Source: Rhina ancylostomus
Lineage: Eukaryota
NCBI GenBank assembly: GCA_030265395.1
Contig: JARFYF010000119.1
Coordinates: 32,349,751 to 32,413,750 of the forward strand
Direction: 5' to 3'
Length of the DNA stretch: 64,000 nucleotides
The position numbers and the translations under genes were made by a program. The notes below the pieces were generated by a model. The model worked only from the letters and a program-made list of their open reading frames with translations. It did no database searches and had not been told where the DNA came from. Shown here piece by piece: positions 23,896 to 38,582 of this stretch; the stretch's first letter is position 1, and each line of letters begins with the position of its first letter.

Positions 23896-26236
23896 TTCAA
23901 ATTACTGATGGCATAACACCATAAGACACAGGAGCAGAATTAGGCCATTCAGCCCATCGAATCTTCACCTATCTCTATTTTCTGCTAAGTATGGATTGGC
24001 ATATCCAAGTCTAATAGTGTAGTCTCAGTTCATGCAAAATTGTTTTTGAAGAATAAATAATATTTTCATCAATCTTCCAGTACCTCAGGAGAGGTGAAAG
24101 TAAAATGTAACAGCTGGGCCACTCTGTGCATGATCACAATAACTTGTCCAGAAGAATATAGAAACAAAAGCACAAACAGTTCAAGAACTAAATCAGTCAG
24201 ACAATTCACAATCCACAAAGGGCTTACCAGGATTGCTCAGGTGGGGTGAGCTGAAGGCTACCAGATCTTGCGATAGCAGTCTTTCTCATTCAGAAGGTCG
24301 TCAACTGTAAATTGGGAATAGGCTTTTGCTGGGTTGGCTGTGTAAAGGATTGCTACTTATCTTTGAAATGGAACAACATCATGTGCTGAAACAAAAATCC
24401 CTTGCTGGCAAAATAACTGGACAATGTAAACAATACACATTATACCAGAAAAAAATAAGAGTACCCCAGAACAGTTGAGGGAGGTAATTGTAATAAGTAA
24501 TTCCAATATGGAGTGAACATAGACACAATAGTCTTCACTTATGCTGAAATTGTACTGATTCTATCAAAAGGAGTTTCACTGAGGCTTCATTTACTCTAAT
24601 GTTGCAATCTTAATAGATTCTTGCTGGAAACCCTATTTACACAGGCACAGACCTACCTTCAAACTTCCACCAAAGCTGCAGCTACATAGCACAAGAAGCC
24701 CCGAGGAAAACAATCTTAACTGTATTTGGTAACACAAATTCTTAAATATAAAATGGAGATAGAAGAGACTGTAAATGCTGGAATCTGGAGTAACAAACTG
24801 AATTGTCTACAAGATTATTGCTCTTAAATTTAAAACTTGAATTTAAATGGAAAAATGGGTAAATTATTTGATGAATATATTTACCATGGCAGCAAACATC
24901 AACATCACNNNNNNNNNNNNNNNNNNNNNNNNNNNNNNNNNNNNNNNNNNNNNNNNNNNNNNNNNNNNNNNNNNNNNNNNNNNNNNNNNNNNNNNNNNNN
25001 NNNNNNNNAGAAAGGTGGTGGGAAGGTGGTTACAGGATAAAAAAGTTAGAAATAGGTGAAAAAGCCAACTAATATTTCTGTTTTATTATTAATCAGCAAT
25101 ACTTGGTGGAAGCAGTCTATAAACATTCTCCGAGTTCACACCTGCACAATAACCACTTGACATGGTAACATAGGGTAAACGGTGTTCATTTCTGCACCAT
25201 TTACCCTACCTCCTACTGCCTCTTGTCCACAACCTTTTAAAGGGTTGTTCACACCACCATCACCACCTGTAATGTTATTCTGAGAAATGTGATATTGCCG
25301 CCACATTTCCTCCTCAGGCAGCAAGTTTGTCATTTCCATGCACGTATGTGCAAGTAGAAAAACCTGAACATCTTGACAGCCGTTCTCAGCTATAATGCTG
25401 AATATATTCCATTAATGGAATCCAGCAATGGAGTAAATAGTTCCTGTAGTTCCGTAGCACTTGCACAAGAGAATCAACACACAGAATCCACGTCAAATTG
25501 GATGCAATGCAAGAACAACACACGACTGATTTCAAGGGAGTGGTATAATTGCAAGAGACTATGAATTAGACAATCAATATTTTTCCTTGAGTTGTGATTT
25601 AGTCAAGCATTGTAGTTCTTTGCAAAGTAATAATTAAAAGTTAATGGTCTGCTTTAAAATACTATGCATTAATATTCTGACATTTAGAGACAATCAAAAC
25701 ATTGTTTAGACAACTAACATGACTTGTCAACTATCAATTTTTTTTCCCCAGCTTTTACATAAACAATCTCAGGTAAGGAAGTCCTGCCACAGTGCAAATT
25801 TTTAACAATGGAGATTAGCGTCTACTTAGGTAAGGAACTTGCAAAAAGAGATTTGTCACCAATAAGTACATCTCACCTACTGGCAGAAAATTATGGGTTA
25901 TTGTCTGCAGGAAAGGAAAATAAACATTTATGGGCTGAATCTTCTCTGGGCAAATAGCAGCAAAAGCCACAAACTGCTTAGCTTTCAATTAAAAATCTCC
26001 ATTACTGCTCTGAAGTCGTACCACTCCAATAACAGTAAAGCTTACTTAAAAGATACCACTGTAGTGCTCTGCATGAATACGTTTAACTTCAGGAGATTNN
26101 NNNNNNNNNNNNNNNNNNNNNNNNNNNNNNNNNNNNNNNNNNNNNNNNNNNNNNNNNNNNNNNNNNNNNNNNNNNNNNNNNNNNNNNNNNNNNNNNNNNN
26201 NNNNNNNNNNNNNNNNNNNNNNNNNNNNNNNNNNNA

Positions 26237-26650
26237 AATTTGAAGACATTTGGAGTCCATTTATCCAATATTTTCACATGATGTAGATCCCCCTTCAATA
26301 ACTTTTTAACTTGGAGGAACTGAGTTGTCGACATAATATTGCACTGTTTCTATAGAGAAATTTTGGCCCAGTTTTTCTTTGTTGCTTTTTTAAATTTTTG
26401 TTTGCTTAGTTTACATTGTTTATAATTTTTTTTATATATTGATTTGGGTTTTTTCCTTTTTTTAAAATTTTATATAATAAACCTTTTGTTCCTTTTTTAC
26501 TCTTTTCATTAACTAAGGGATCAGTGGACTTTTTTTAATATTTTATTGTATGATTATCTAAGATTTGAGTGACACCCAGGTCTCTTTGTAGCACATGTAT
26601 GAATTTTGATGCCCTATACCAATTTGTATTGATTTGAAAACTAAAAATTG
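26237..26650 (+). mobile_element. L1/Tx1-like LINE 3' end
   Basis: KFEDIWSPFIQYF resembles an L1 ORF2 C-terminus and is followed by a T-rich 3'UTR. Confidence 0.55.
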
Positions 26651-27290
26651 ATATCATAATAAGCTGTTGGGTCAGGTGACCAAAAGCTTGATTAAAGAGG
26701 AGCTTTTAGGGAAGTCTTAAATGAAGAAATGTTAAAAAAAATCAAGGAGACCAAGTGAATTCCAAAGGTCACAGCCTATGCAACTGTAGCCACAGAAGAT
26801 CAATGAAAATTGGGGATGCTGAGGGGCAGATTCGAAAAAGTGTGAAGATCTTGGATGACTGTGGAACTGGAGATTACAGCAGTAGGGAGGAAAGAACTCA
26901 TTAAGGCACTGGAAAAAGAAACATTTAAAAATCAATGCAATGGCATGTCAGAAATTAATTAATATATGTCAGAAAGCACAGGAGATCAATCCATTTAGAG
27001 GGGTACACTGTAAAGCAAGATTTCAGTTGCAAACATATGCAATTTATTTTTTTCTGCAGAATATTGCAGAAAAGTTTAAAAGTGTCGAGTTGCATTTGTC
27101 AAGCTGTAAGTGCAACATATTAAAGCTACACAAAATGAATATTCAGAAATAGAAGGTCAGCAAAGTTGCATTCAAAATTGTAAATAAGTTTGAGGTCACA
27201 TAAATTAAAAATCATCATTGATGTTAATTATTGGGCATAAGTTCTTCCTATAAGCTTCTTCAATTAATCTGGATAATAACAAAAACTTAC

Positions 27291-27372
27291 TAAATAGTTT
27301 TCCAAATGATTCCCGCTTAGCTCGCTCCGCTTCATAAAGTTGTTTTCCTTCTTTTACAAGAGCACCAGCCCA
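27291..27372 (-). CDS. RB1CC1: RB1CC1 coding exon 9 (82 nt), after a 94-nt intron
   Basis: WAGALVKEGKQLYEAERAKRESFGKLF; tttctttgaaag / A|gtaagt. Confidence 0.96.
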
Positions 27373-27466
27373 CTTTCAAAGAAAAACAAAAATTATATCA
27401 TTTCTAAATTCTGGATGTGCCTGGCAATATTACCTGGAAATTGAAACTTGGAATTGGTCAACATAC

Positions 27467-27653
27467 CTCCCTGTAATGTTTAGTGAACATTTTCCGCCTT
27501 ACTACTTCTACAACAGCTAGGCAGTACATTTGAGGAACAGTGCTAAGTGCCTCAACGATCCGCACTCTCTCTTGCAGTTCTGTCAGAAGCCGTAGTAAAG
27601 CTTGGAGCTTTTCACCATTTTGATCTGCATGTAGCATCACATAACAGCACCAC
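27467..27653 (-). CDS. RB1CC1: RB1CC1 coding exon 8 (187 nt)
   Basis: WCCYVMLHADQNGEKLQALLRLLTELQERVRIVEALSTVPQMYCLAVVEVVRRKMFTKHYRE; tttgtcag / GAG|gtatgt. Confidence 0.97.
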
Positions 27654-30600
27654 CTGACAAAGATATTAACAGAATCAGAGTTAGTCACTATGCACTCATT
27701 TTAAAAAATTTAAAAAGGAGACAGGCAAGTTGGCAACAAGAATGAATTCAACAAACACTTTTGGAATGGAATTTCAAACCTATAACTAAAATCATAAATT
27801 GGTTATTCATTTTTGCAGCTATCTCAGCCACTGTACCTTCTCCTGCGTTTTCTTGGTTTTAAAATTATTTTTGAAGGGTAAACAGCTGAAGTGCAGATTG
27901 ATAACATTGCAACAAGCAAAAGAAAACATCCAATGCTTTGTGAACAGAACAAGTATTTCTTTATTTTGAAGACTGGTAAAATCAAGTGAAAATGATTTAG
28001 AATTATAAATAAGANNNNNNNNNNNNNNNNNNNNNNNNNNAATTACCAACAATTAGATTCTGCACAAAGGGTTTCACACTGTAATGGTCAAGTTTCAGCA
28101 GCAGGAGGGGATGTGATTACTGGTAGTAATTAACACTGTTGATAAAGGTACTCGACTGAACAAGATATCTTGCTGTGTAAAATTTTATAATTGTGTAAAT
28201 ACAAGAATTCCAAATGAAAACAAAATGTTCAGTTATAGCCAGCAGGTCACACAACTGTTGTGGGGAGAAATACAGTTAATGCTTCAGGTCACTGACCTTT
28301 CATCAGAACCAAAGTTTGTCAATTAACAAATTTAAGGGCTAGAAAAAGGGAAGTATGACAGGTATTAAGTGACAAATTAAATGACACATCCATGTTATTC
28401 CCTTCATTTTGTATTTGGTTCAGATGAAAAGGTCAACAATTGAAACAATACTGTCTAATTTATAAAGTATTTCTAACATTGTGTATTCCAGATTGCTAGC
28501 ATTTGTAGTATTGTGCTTTTGGGCAAAACTTTGTTTTGTGCAAAACTATTTTAAACTTACAATACAGGCAGTCACCACTCAAGTTGAAAAAATACACTAA
28601 AAAGAAATCACTCGATATGGTAACCATATCTCTATAACATTGTAATGAATGGTATCATAAGCACACAAGACTGATAAAAACAAATCAGAATCAGGTTTTA
28701 TCACCACTGTGGAGAGCAAAAAGNNNNNNNNNNTTCTGACATTCATAAGAATAAACAGATGTACATAGGTCAGACTTTTGAATTTAATATTATGGGAGCT
28801 CATTTGTATGTCGGGGTTGTCCATAAGTCACTTTTGAACACTATGCTGATTTGAACATCCACAAATGCTAGAAGTAGCTATATGGTTTGCACATGAATAA
28901 CAGTGCGCTGTTAGTCCTGTTACTCTGACAGCAAATCGTTGCTCACTATAAGAAACATATCTGAAGACATTAGTTTATGGGAAATTTCAACTCAAAACAA
29001 ATGAATTTTAAAAATCTATTTCACAACCAATTCCATAAAATTTTCAGATTNNNNNNNNNNNNNNNNNNNNNNNNNNNNNNNNNNNNNNNNNNNNNNNNNN
29101 NNNNNNNNNNNNNNNNNNNNNNNNNNNNNNNNNNNNNNNNNNNNNNNNNNTTAAAAATCTATTTCACAACAAATTCCATAAAATTTTCAGATTATGTGAT
29201 CAGTATTCACAGAAGTACAATAGTTTCCCTAATAATGATCAACTGACATACCAGTGAGAAAAATAAGTTATTGCAGCAGGTTATTCAAAATATTTTGGAT
29301 AAGAAACAACTTCCTGTCATGCAAAGAGGGAAAATCAATAGTAGTGCAATTTTGAACCAAAGACACAATCAAGAGCATTACCACCTTGAGCCATTCAATC
29401 ACCTGGTGTCCAACCTTGCAGACATTCCTTTCATTTTCTCCACCCTTCTCATTTCATGATGAAAGGCCATTGACCTGAAATGTTAATTCTGTTTCTCTTT
29501 CCACTGTAATTGAATCACATACCTAGCTAATTTGTAGCTAGCACAATAAATATTCCATGATCTTATCTATAAACCAATTTTCAGTTTGCAATTAGTAATA
29601 GAATCAAAGCATAGAAACATGCATTTGGCCTATCAAGTCTACACAGGCCATTAGGCACCTATTTACATTAATCTTAACTAATCCTAGTATATATATTCCT
29701 ATCGATCAAATTTTGCCACTTACCAACACACTAGGGACAATTTATAATGGCCAATTAAACAACCAACCCACATATCTGGAATGTGGAAAGAAATCTACAT
29801 GATCACAAGCAGATCATGCAAACTTCACACAGACAGGACCAGACATCAGGACTGAACTTGAGGTGGAAGGTCTCAACTACAGTACTGTAAGAATGAATGT
29901 ACTGTACACCTCCACACCCACCATCTGCCAGACAAGTGAATGCTCCTGTAAATAATTATGCAATGGAACTAATAATTATACAATGCTGCTTACACGATGC
30001 TATGTGCCTGTGATGGTGCTGCAAGCATTTCACTGTACCTGTGCATACACATACTTGCACATATGACAAACTACTGTTCCCTGCAAAAATATTAACATTC
30101 TTTCCATAGATACCAAGTTCTTCCATTGCCTTGAATGCAGCAGAGCCTGCACCAGACCATTTCTAACTATGGCATCCAACGTGACCTGTTCCAACCTCAC
30201 CGTTACAGATCACCAACCACCACCCACACAGGATCACTCCTCTCTGCCTCCTCCTCCTCCTGCAGAAATTCTCAACGGCTTTGATAACATAAAACTTCAC
30301 CATCTTAATAGTCTTCTAGCCTACTTCCCAGAATCTAATCTCCAATATCTGAATTACAGTCTGGCATCATTTCAAATTTGCTCTGCAGCAAGGTTCTTGC
30401 TCACACAGTCAGCTTATCTAACTCCGAAGCCTCCCTATAATTCCACCTAATTTTGCATCATCAGCAAATTTGGAAATAGGACATTTGGCCCCTCAGCTAA
30501 ACCATTGATATATATCATGAACAGCTGGAATCCAAGCACTAAAACCTGTAATACTTGACAAGTTAGAGAACCTGTCAAATTAAGAAAGATCCATTTATCA

Positions 30601-32338
30601 CCATTCTTTGCTTTTTATTTGATAACCATTTCTCAATCCATATCACTATATTACCTCCATTCCATATGCTGTAATCTTATTGATCAACCTCCCATGCAGA
30701 GCCTCAAATGCATTTTAAAAATCCAAAAACACCATATTCACCGATCCCCCTTTTGTTCTCAAAGTCATATCCTCAAAGAACTCCAGCAGATTCATTAAAT
30801 ATGATCATTCTTTTCATGAATTCATCCTGGCTTTGCTCAGCATTGGCAAAGGTAATGGATCTTATTGCTGTCAGTCAGAAACCTATTGGTAACATTGCAA
30901 CTTCATCTTAAAAAAAATACTCCCCCCCCATTGTCAGTGGGATTGTATTGTGCACAAAGCACATACTGCCTTTGCCTCACTAGCATCAGTTACTTGAATA
31001 TTACAAGTAGACAACTTCCAAAAAACAATTAAGTTTAGATGGATTACCCTTTATATAGCAATACATCCTTGTGTGAAATGCAACCTGAAGATCTCTTGCA
31101 TTTCAGAGATACAATCTGGAATATCCATATTGAACAATACTTTGTCCTGTTTGCTGCTCAGCATTATTCAAACTTGTAATCGTGTTGCTTGCCCTTCTCT
31201 CCCATGCTGAAATATTTGCCCTCCGCTAATAATTCAAATTAGTTCCTAGTGGTCTAATTAACTGTAGGTACTAATTTAGTTTAGATGCCCCAAAGCAATA
31301 TTATATGTCAGTGATGAGCTTCGTCTATTTCAATCTTGTCTAGCAACTGCACAGGAAGGAAACCAGAAATTATTGCTATGTACAACCAGCTTGTGTTTTT
31401 AAAAATTCAAAATACAGGTAGATTCCATTGTACTTCAGTAGATAATAATCACATCTCAGAATCAGAAAATTGTGGATTCAAATCATCCTCCAGAGATCTA
31501 AGCCCAGTTTTTGTGATAATGTGATAAAAGAGTGTATATTATTGGACAAATATCTAGAGGGCTAAACTAATGATCTGAAGACTCAAGTGTGAATCTCATT
31601 ATTGAATTTAAATTCTTAACTTTTATAATTAAACAACAATGAGGCTGAGCTAGAGTAATTAGGAAGGGTCTATTTTCCTTAGCAGAGGAATTCAAAAACC
31701 AAGGACAGACTTACAAGTAATTATTATAAAGATTAGAATGGAAGTCAAGTAACATTTTTCACCCAGGTGGCAAAGAAGCCACCATGTTAAAAGATGGGAG
31801 TGGCTAAGTCAAATTTAATTCCTTTATCTGCAGGACCGTGCACCTTGTGTTGATTTGTGGAATTAGGCTATTTAAGGAAAGAACATACATGTCGGTCACG
31901 TAACTGCTTTTTTTTTTAAATCCCTCTGTAAGCAAATCTATAAAAGGTCCAGAATAATACATTTCCTGCCCTGGATACTAAGCAGAGAAAGGCTCTGTTG
32001 CAAGGTCATTGACCTGAAGTGGCAGCAGCTTCCTTCTCCATAGATGCACTCTAACTTGCTCAGAGTTTTTGTATTTTGCATCTTTTAGTCAAATTAGATG
32101 TGATACACTGGTGAGAAATAGCTGTTTTGCACCTTTACCTTCAGGCTAAATTCTTCTGCTCCCTTTAGCCTCCAGCGGAACTAAAACATATCTTCATAAC
32201 TAAAAAAGTACAACTCTACCCTAAAATCACATGCTTCTAATTTTCTAGAATAACCTCACTTTCATGTTATTACACTCGCAGACTTTTTCAGAATATCTAC
32301 CAAAAAGGTATAATCACCTGCAGTATAATTGAACTTAC

Positions 32339-32523
32339 TTTAATCGGACTTGCAAATTGTTTGCAAGTTCCTGCTTAGCAGTAGTGCATTTCTGTTTAAT
32401 ATCCAGCAGCTTCTTGTGGTTTGTTAACATGATCATTAACTGATTTGCATGACTCAGACATAAATCAGGAAGAACAGATGGGTCTTTCAGGTTTTCAGCT
32501 CTCTTCTGATTAGCTAAAAATCC
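32339..32523 (-). CDS. RB1CC1: RB1CC1 coding exon 7 (185 nt)
   Basis: GFLANQKRAENLKDPSVLPDLCLSHANQLMIMLTNHKKLLDIKQKCTTAKQELANNLQVRL(K); ccaacag / AA|gtaagt. Confidence 0.97.
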
Positions 32524-33854
32524 CTGTTGGCATATAAAAAAACATTAATGAAAAAACACAATGACGTTGAGCTTCAAATTTTTTGGGGGGGGATTATTGG
32601 TTTTGGTTCAATTTGGAAATGTATTTTTGATTAAAATACTTCTAGAGACATCAACTTTTTAAATCTCTATAAAGTAGGGTGGGGGAGTTTTCCAGATAGA
32701 AAAATCACCTTGAGACCCTATTATAAATACTGAGTTTAATAACCCTGCTCTAAATTTACACAGCAAGAGACTGCAATAAAACTGATGTGAAATTTAACCA
32801 CAGTAGGGGGCTTTTGAAAAAGTTAACAGTTCTAGCTTAGAACTCAGATCAAATGTAACACAAGATTGCCGTAATTTGCCATCTAAAAAAAATCCTGATC
32901 AAACTCTCATTCACACTTCAGCAAGTTAAATACAACTTTTTCTGTTTGCTCAAAATGAAGAGACAACATGCAAATCAGCAATAAGATTAACAATTGTTAA
33001 AGGAAACTCGTTCAATGGTTAGGGCATTGATTATATGTGATCAAGAACCTGCAGTCAGGTTCATTTGTTATGGGCAGGCTCTTCAGTATTTAGTTCAGTC
33101 CTGTCATCCACTAAGTTGGGAGGTTTGGGGACATTGGGGTAGTGAAGGAAGTGGTTGTTTCACCTCAAAACAAAAAAAAGTTTAAAAATTCTAGCTAGAA
33201 ATTTGTCTAATAAAATATCTTTAATGCAGTGATTACCCAGTGATCCAAGACAGCCTAAGTAAAATGCAAGTAGCAATCAGTAGGCCAAGGACCATCTATG
33301 GGAAGAAAAGGCAGTTAACATTTCAGTTTGAAAACTCTGCCAGTTGGTCTTCATCTAATGAAAGGTTTCTGCCCAAAACATTAACTCAGTTTCTCTTTTC
33401 ACAGTTGCTGCATGACCTGCTGGGTGTGTCTCACATTGTGTTTTTATTTTAGGTTTCCAACATCTGCAGTATTTTTTGTTCTAAGTTTTATAAAACATTT
33501 TGCCTAGCAAAAGCTAAGAGCAAATAATATCACTGACTTCCAGTACTGCTAGGGCTTTTTTTCTAAAGGTACATTCCCAACTCCTAATTTGAATACATCA
33601 ATCCAAAAAGTTCTTCAACAATATGGTAAAATTCCACTTGGCAAGAAATAAGAATTCAGATTTTTATAGTAACTGTCTGCAAGCCTGGGGAAAACTGCAT
33701 ATTTGCAGTTATATGCAAGTCCCAAATTTATTTACAATTTGTGCTGTATTTTTCAAAATGCTCAGGTACTGTATCTCCCATGAAGTCGAAAAGGCAGAGC
33801 TTAATCTTGCCAAAACCCCACAGATACTTACACTGAGAAAACTGCCTCTCTGCA

Positions 33855-34025
33855 CCAGGATACACCTAACACAAACTTTGCAAGCTTGTCGATTTCAATG
33901 GAGTTAATAGGTCTGCAGGAAAAAATGAATGTTCCCTTTTTGTCTAAACTCACCCCCAGGATACACCTAACACAAACTTTGCAAGCTTGTTGATTTCAAT
34001 GGAGTTAATAGGTCTGCAGGAAAAA
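33855..34025. repeat. ~70-bp direct duplication, period 101 bp
   Basis: ccaggatacacctaacacaaactttgcaagcttgt(c/t)gatttcaatggagttaataggtctgcaggaaaaa at 33855 and 33956. Confidence 0.9.
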
Positions 34026-34915
34026 TGCAATTTTGGATTATTTAGCCAGCTCACTTTGGATCCCATGTGCCTTGGCTTCCTGAACCAGCTATAAAGGACC
34101 TTGTCAAAAGCCCAACTAAGGTCCACATAAACAACATCTATTATCCTGCCTTCACCTATCTCCTGTTACCTCCTCTGAAAACAGAATCAAATTAGTGGGA
34201 TAGGATTGCTCCCTCACAAAGCCATACTACCATAATTAATCCTTATTTTTCCTAATGCACATAAATCCTGCCTCTTAGAATTTTATTTGAGGGCAGCAGG
34301 GATAAGGAACATTAACCATTCTCCAGACTTCTAGAATCTAGCCAATGGCTACTAAAAATGCAAAAATCTCTACCCTTAATTCCCATCATGTTCTGGGACA
34401 GATCTTACTCGGCCCTGGTGATTTAGTCAGAGTAATACAAGAAACAAGCTCTTCAGCTGAAGAAGTCCATGCCAAGCACAGCGCCCATCAAGCAAGTCCC
34501 ATTTGCCAGTGTTTGGCCCACATCCCCCTAAACCTCTCCTGTCCAAATTTATTCACGAGTATTTTTTAAATCTGCTTGGTTAACAGCCAAGTACTTAATG
34601 TGAATGGTTGTTCATTAGACATTGAGTATTAATGCTCTTAGCAACTGATGTCAGAAAAAGGAAATTCTTCAAGCACAGAGCTTCCCTGATCTACGTATGT
34701 CACTTTCTAACTCAGCACCAAGTGACATTGGCTCAGATTTCATAAACAGAGAAATAACGTCCTATATATTAGCAGACTTGATACAAACACAGGCTGGCAG
34801 TAATATCTGTTTAAAATGACATCAATAATTAGCTCAAACTTTACATCTCAATCCTCTTAAACACTCTACACAATGTGTTATCCTATATTAACCTATATTT
34901 GTGATGAAGACTTAC

Positions 34916-35086
34916 CTGGGCTAATTCTTTTTGTTCATTCACCAGTCTATTACAACTGGCTATCATTTGATCTAGTGCATACAATCGGTCCTCAAGCCCT
35001 TTAATTGCCTTCATGTTCTGATTATCAAGTTTCACAATGGTTTCATGACACTCTGTCAGAAATGGCTGAAGGATTTCTGGATCAAG
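34916..35086 (-). CDS. RB1CC1: RB1CC1 coding exon 6 (171 nt)
   Basis: LDPEILQPFLTECHETIVKLDNQNMKAIKGLEDRLYALDQMIASCNRLVNEQKELAQ; tcttctttcag / CAG|gtaagt. Confidence 0.97.
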
Positions 35087-35399
35087 CTGAAAGAAGAAGA
35101 CAAATTTTTGATGTTTTCTCTTCCAACATCTACTTTCTGTAGACAAAAATTTTTGTGCAATTATCTGTACATGATAATACCAAACATTTTTTGTACTTGT
35201 ACAAATATGCCACAAAATGAGAATCAACCAACTGTGAGAAATAACTATCAGAAAAAAAATTGTTTTTTATTCTCTCTCTCTATATGTGTGAAAACCATCT
35301 ACTTTGGCCTCATTAGGCAAATTGCTGCACCTTTTGAACTTTCAAACACTTATTTAAAATTGTTCTATTCCTTAAGTATAATGACTGAATTTATTATCG

Positions 35400-36122
35400 G
35401 ACCTTGGATACCAATATTCAAGTCCATAGCTCCCTGAAAGTGGCCACACAAGGGTGGTAAAGAAGGCATATGGCATGCTTGCCTTTATTAGGCGAGGCAG
35501 AGTTCAAAAGTCAGGAAGTTGAAACTTTATAAAACTCTGGTTAGGCCACACCTGTATTCAATTCTGGTCACCCCATTACAGGGAGGATGTGGAGGCAATG
35601 GAGACGATACAGAAGAGGTTTACTAGGATGCTCCCTCAATTAGAGGGCATATGCTACAAGGAGAGGTTGGACAAACAAGGGTTATTTTCTCTGGAGCAGC
35701 AGAGGCAGAGGGGAGACTAGACCTGATGCAAGTTTAAGATTATGAGGGACATAGACTGAGTAGACAGCGGTACCTTCACACCACCCACAGCCCCACTGCC
35801 CTGCCCCCCAGCCGGAGTTGAAATGTCTAATGGTGGAGGGCATGTATTCAAGCAGAGAGGAAAAAAGTCAAAAGAAAATGTGCAGGGCACCTTTTTTTCT
35901 TAAACACAGAGTGGTGGGTGCCTGGAATGTGCTGCCATGAGTGGTGGTGGATGCAGATACGTTAGAGGCACGTAAGACACTCTTAGCCACATGAAAATGC
36001 AAAGAATAATAGAATATGGACCATGTGCAAGTAGAAGGGATTAGATGTCACTAGTTTAATACTTTTGGCACAACATCATGGGCCAAAGGGCCTGTTCCTG
36101 TGCTGTACTCTATGTTCTATGT
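35400..36122 (+). mobile_element. 5'-truncated CR1-type LINE
   Basis: Degenerate LYKTLVRPHL...QFWSPHY...QKRFTRML motifs and the standard tail. Confidence 0.85.
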
Positions 36123-36461
36123 AATATTCTATAGCTGGCACATGTAGTTTTGTGAAATGCATCAGATTCAAAACAAGAGAACACTAGAGTTGGCACTCCT
36201 AGCTCAAAACCAAGAAATAGGAGTCTGAAGGACCAATGAATATTAAACTTCTAATGAAAAACAAACTGTTTGCAAATAGGTAGACAATATGATAAATGCA
36301 GTTTCAATTCATTTTCAAAACACTTGATGGGTCAGAAATGTTGAAGAGCCCATATTTCACTTTGCAACTCAAATCATAACTTGAACATGTCTATTCATAA
36401 TATCCTGTATTACAACTCCCAAGCACAATGTTCTTTTCAATTTAATCTTGAAAACACTTAC

Positions 36462-36882
36462 TCGGCTCATTGAATCAAAACATTTTCGGACCAGTGATTC
36501 CACATCATTTGGTCTATCTTGCACATTAATCCAGTCCAGTAAGGAGACATTAAAGAAAGCTTGGTCAGTCATTTCTTCATTTAATTCATTTTCTGCTATG
36601 GTCCTCTGAGTGCTCCCCAAGCTGTTCTCAATGTCTTTTTCTTCTTGCAGAACACTATTCTGTGCAGAATGTCCAAATGACATAGAACTAGAGGGTGACT
36701 TCCTGCAAACTGCAGGTTTAACAGAACAAAGTACTGAATTGTTGGACTTATCATCAGTCTCCTCTTCTACATTTTCTCTTTCTGCAGGGAACTTGAGTCT
36801 CTCCTGACACTCTCGGTAACTATGTCTGGTCAGGCATTCCAATAGTGGCATTTTAGCCATAACTGAGACAGCTGTGCCTAGG
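36462..36882 (-). CDS. RB1CC1: RB1CC1 coding exon 5 (421 nt)
   Basis: LGTAVSVMAKMPLLECLTRHSYREC...FFNVSLLDWINVQDRPNDVESLVRKCFDSMSR; aattaag / CGA|gtaagt. Confidence 0.96.
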
Positions 36883-38249
36883 CTTAATTCATAAAGAAAA
36901 TGCATTAGTTCAATTTGAAGTAGTTGAACAGATCATCACTGAACAGCTTATCACTAAACAGCTTGGAACATTTACAATTTTTCCTGATGGCAAAAGATTC
37001 AGCTTTAAATAACAAATATTAAATAGGTTCTGAAGACAAGTGCCATTTTGGCCGTATAATCAAGATGTGGCAGGAAAGTTTCTGCAACTGCATGTAGGAC
37101 ACTTGCTGTGCTAAAACTTTGCTCTGCACCTTGAAGAACACATTAGATTCAAGCAAGCAGTACTCCCATGATTGTTCACTCGTACAAATACCATACCTAT
37201 GTGGGTTTCTTTATTTTTCCTTTCAATTAAAATAATTCCAACAGTTACTTTGACCACGGATTCCAGCCATCAGCTTTGAGATTTCTTGTTTTAAGATTTC
37301 AAATTCTATTTGTTTTTTTTTACAAAATATTTCACCACATTAAGAATACTGTCTAATAACTGTTATACTACATAGATAAACATGCATTTTATGCAAATTA
37401 TTAAAATAATAATACTTACAACCAATGCAAAATTAGATACATTAATTACTTCAAAACTACCAAATACAGAAAGTACAGCAAGCCCTATGGGTGCAAAGGA
37501 TCAGAACATCAGTTTGACAGAAAGGACCAGAAATCAGGATCACAAAACAAAGTCAAGAAATATAAAGGAGCAAGCCTCAAAATGAGGGTCAAAGGATGAT
37601 TTCATGCATGACTGAACCACACTGAACAACTTAAAATACTTCCTTGCAGGAAATTAATGTAATAAGGACAATTTAGAAGAAATAGCAGTGCCAGCTAGTG
37701 CAAAAACTAACCATTGTTTTTAGAATGGATGTTTAAATCTAAATTATTATTACTCATGACCAGGCATTGCCCAGATGGATACGAGAAAGCATGGCAAACA
37801 CTTCAACAAGCATGATAGGGCAATAGAAAATGCAGTTAGAAACCTTTAAATATCTCAAATTATTTAATATATTAGTCAACCTTCTAGGATAATAACAGAC
37901 AGAATAAAAGATGGTCTTGAGGTAGGAATGATTGGGAGAGTAAACACATAACAGAGCACGAAGATTAAATCCCAGTTCCAATCAGGGGTCTTTTCTTTTT
38001 CATACATGCATTATGTTCCTCTGTTCATGATTATAAATGGTACATTTCACATTACATTACTCTCCTGATTAGTAACCACAATACAATTCATCCACTGGGC
38101 ATTTTAATAGAAACAATGAGCTTCATTTGCTGTCTCCAATACAAATGTGATTATAGAAATTTATAATAGAAAACAAAGTACATGATGATGCAAATTATAA
38201 AAATAGCCAAGTTAAAAAAATGTTAAACAGCATTTGGAAAATGTTTCAT

Positions 38250-38582
38250 ATTCTCATGATACAAGAGGGCATTCAATCCATTGAGCCTATGCCAGTTCTC
38301 AAAGCAATCCCATCAATTCCAGACCCCAAGTTGCTCCCCTGTAACTTATTCTTTCTCACACGCCCATCAATTCCACCCTTATTCTCCTATACTTGGGGTA
38401 AATTACTGTAGCCAATTAACCTACCAGCTGATCTTGGAATGTGGAAGGAAACAAGAGCACCCAGGGAAACCCACAGAGTCACAGAAAGAACTTGCAAACT
38501 CCAGCGAGCACTAGGAGGTCCAGATTAAACCTGGGTTGACCTATGATGCAAAAGCACTACTTGTAGGCTCACTGTGCCACCC
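38250..38582 (-). mobile_element. SINE
   Basis: ttggaatgtggaaggaaacaagagcacccagggaaacccac core, ends actgtgccaccc; similar copy at ~29600-29890. Confidence 0.7.

Noticed and set aside
25120-25400. Possible DNA-transposon (Tigger/MITE-like) relics here and near 5150, 28760 and 56250
   Set aside because: I could not identify paired terminal inverted repeats or target-site duplications.
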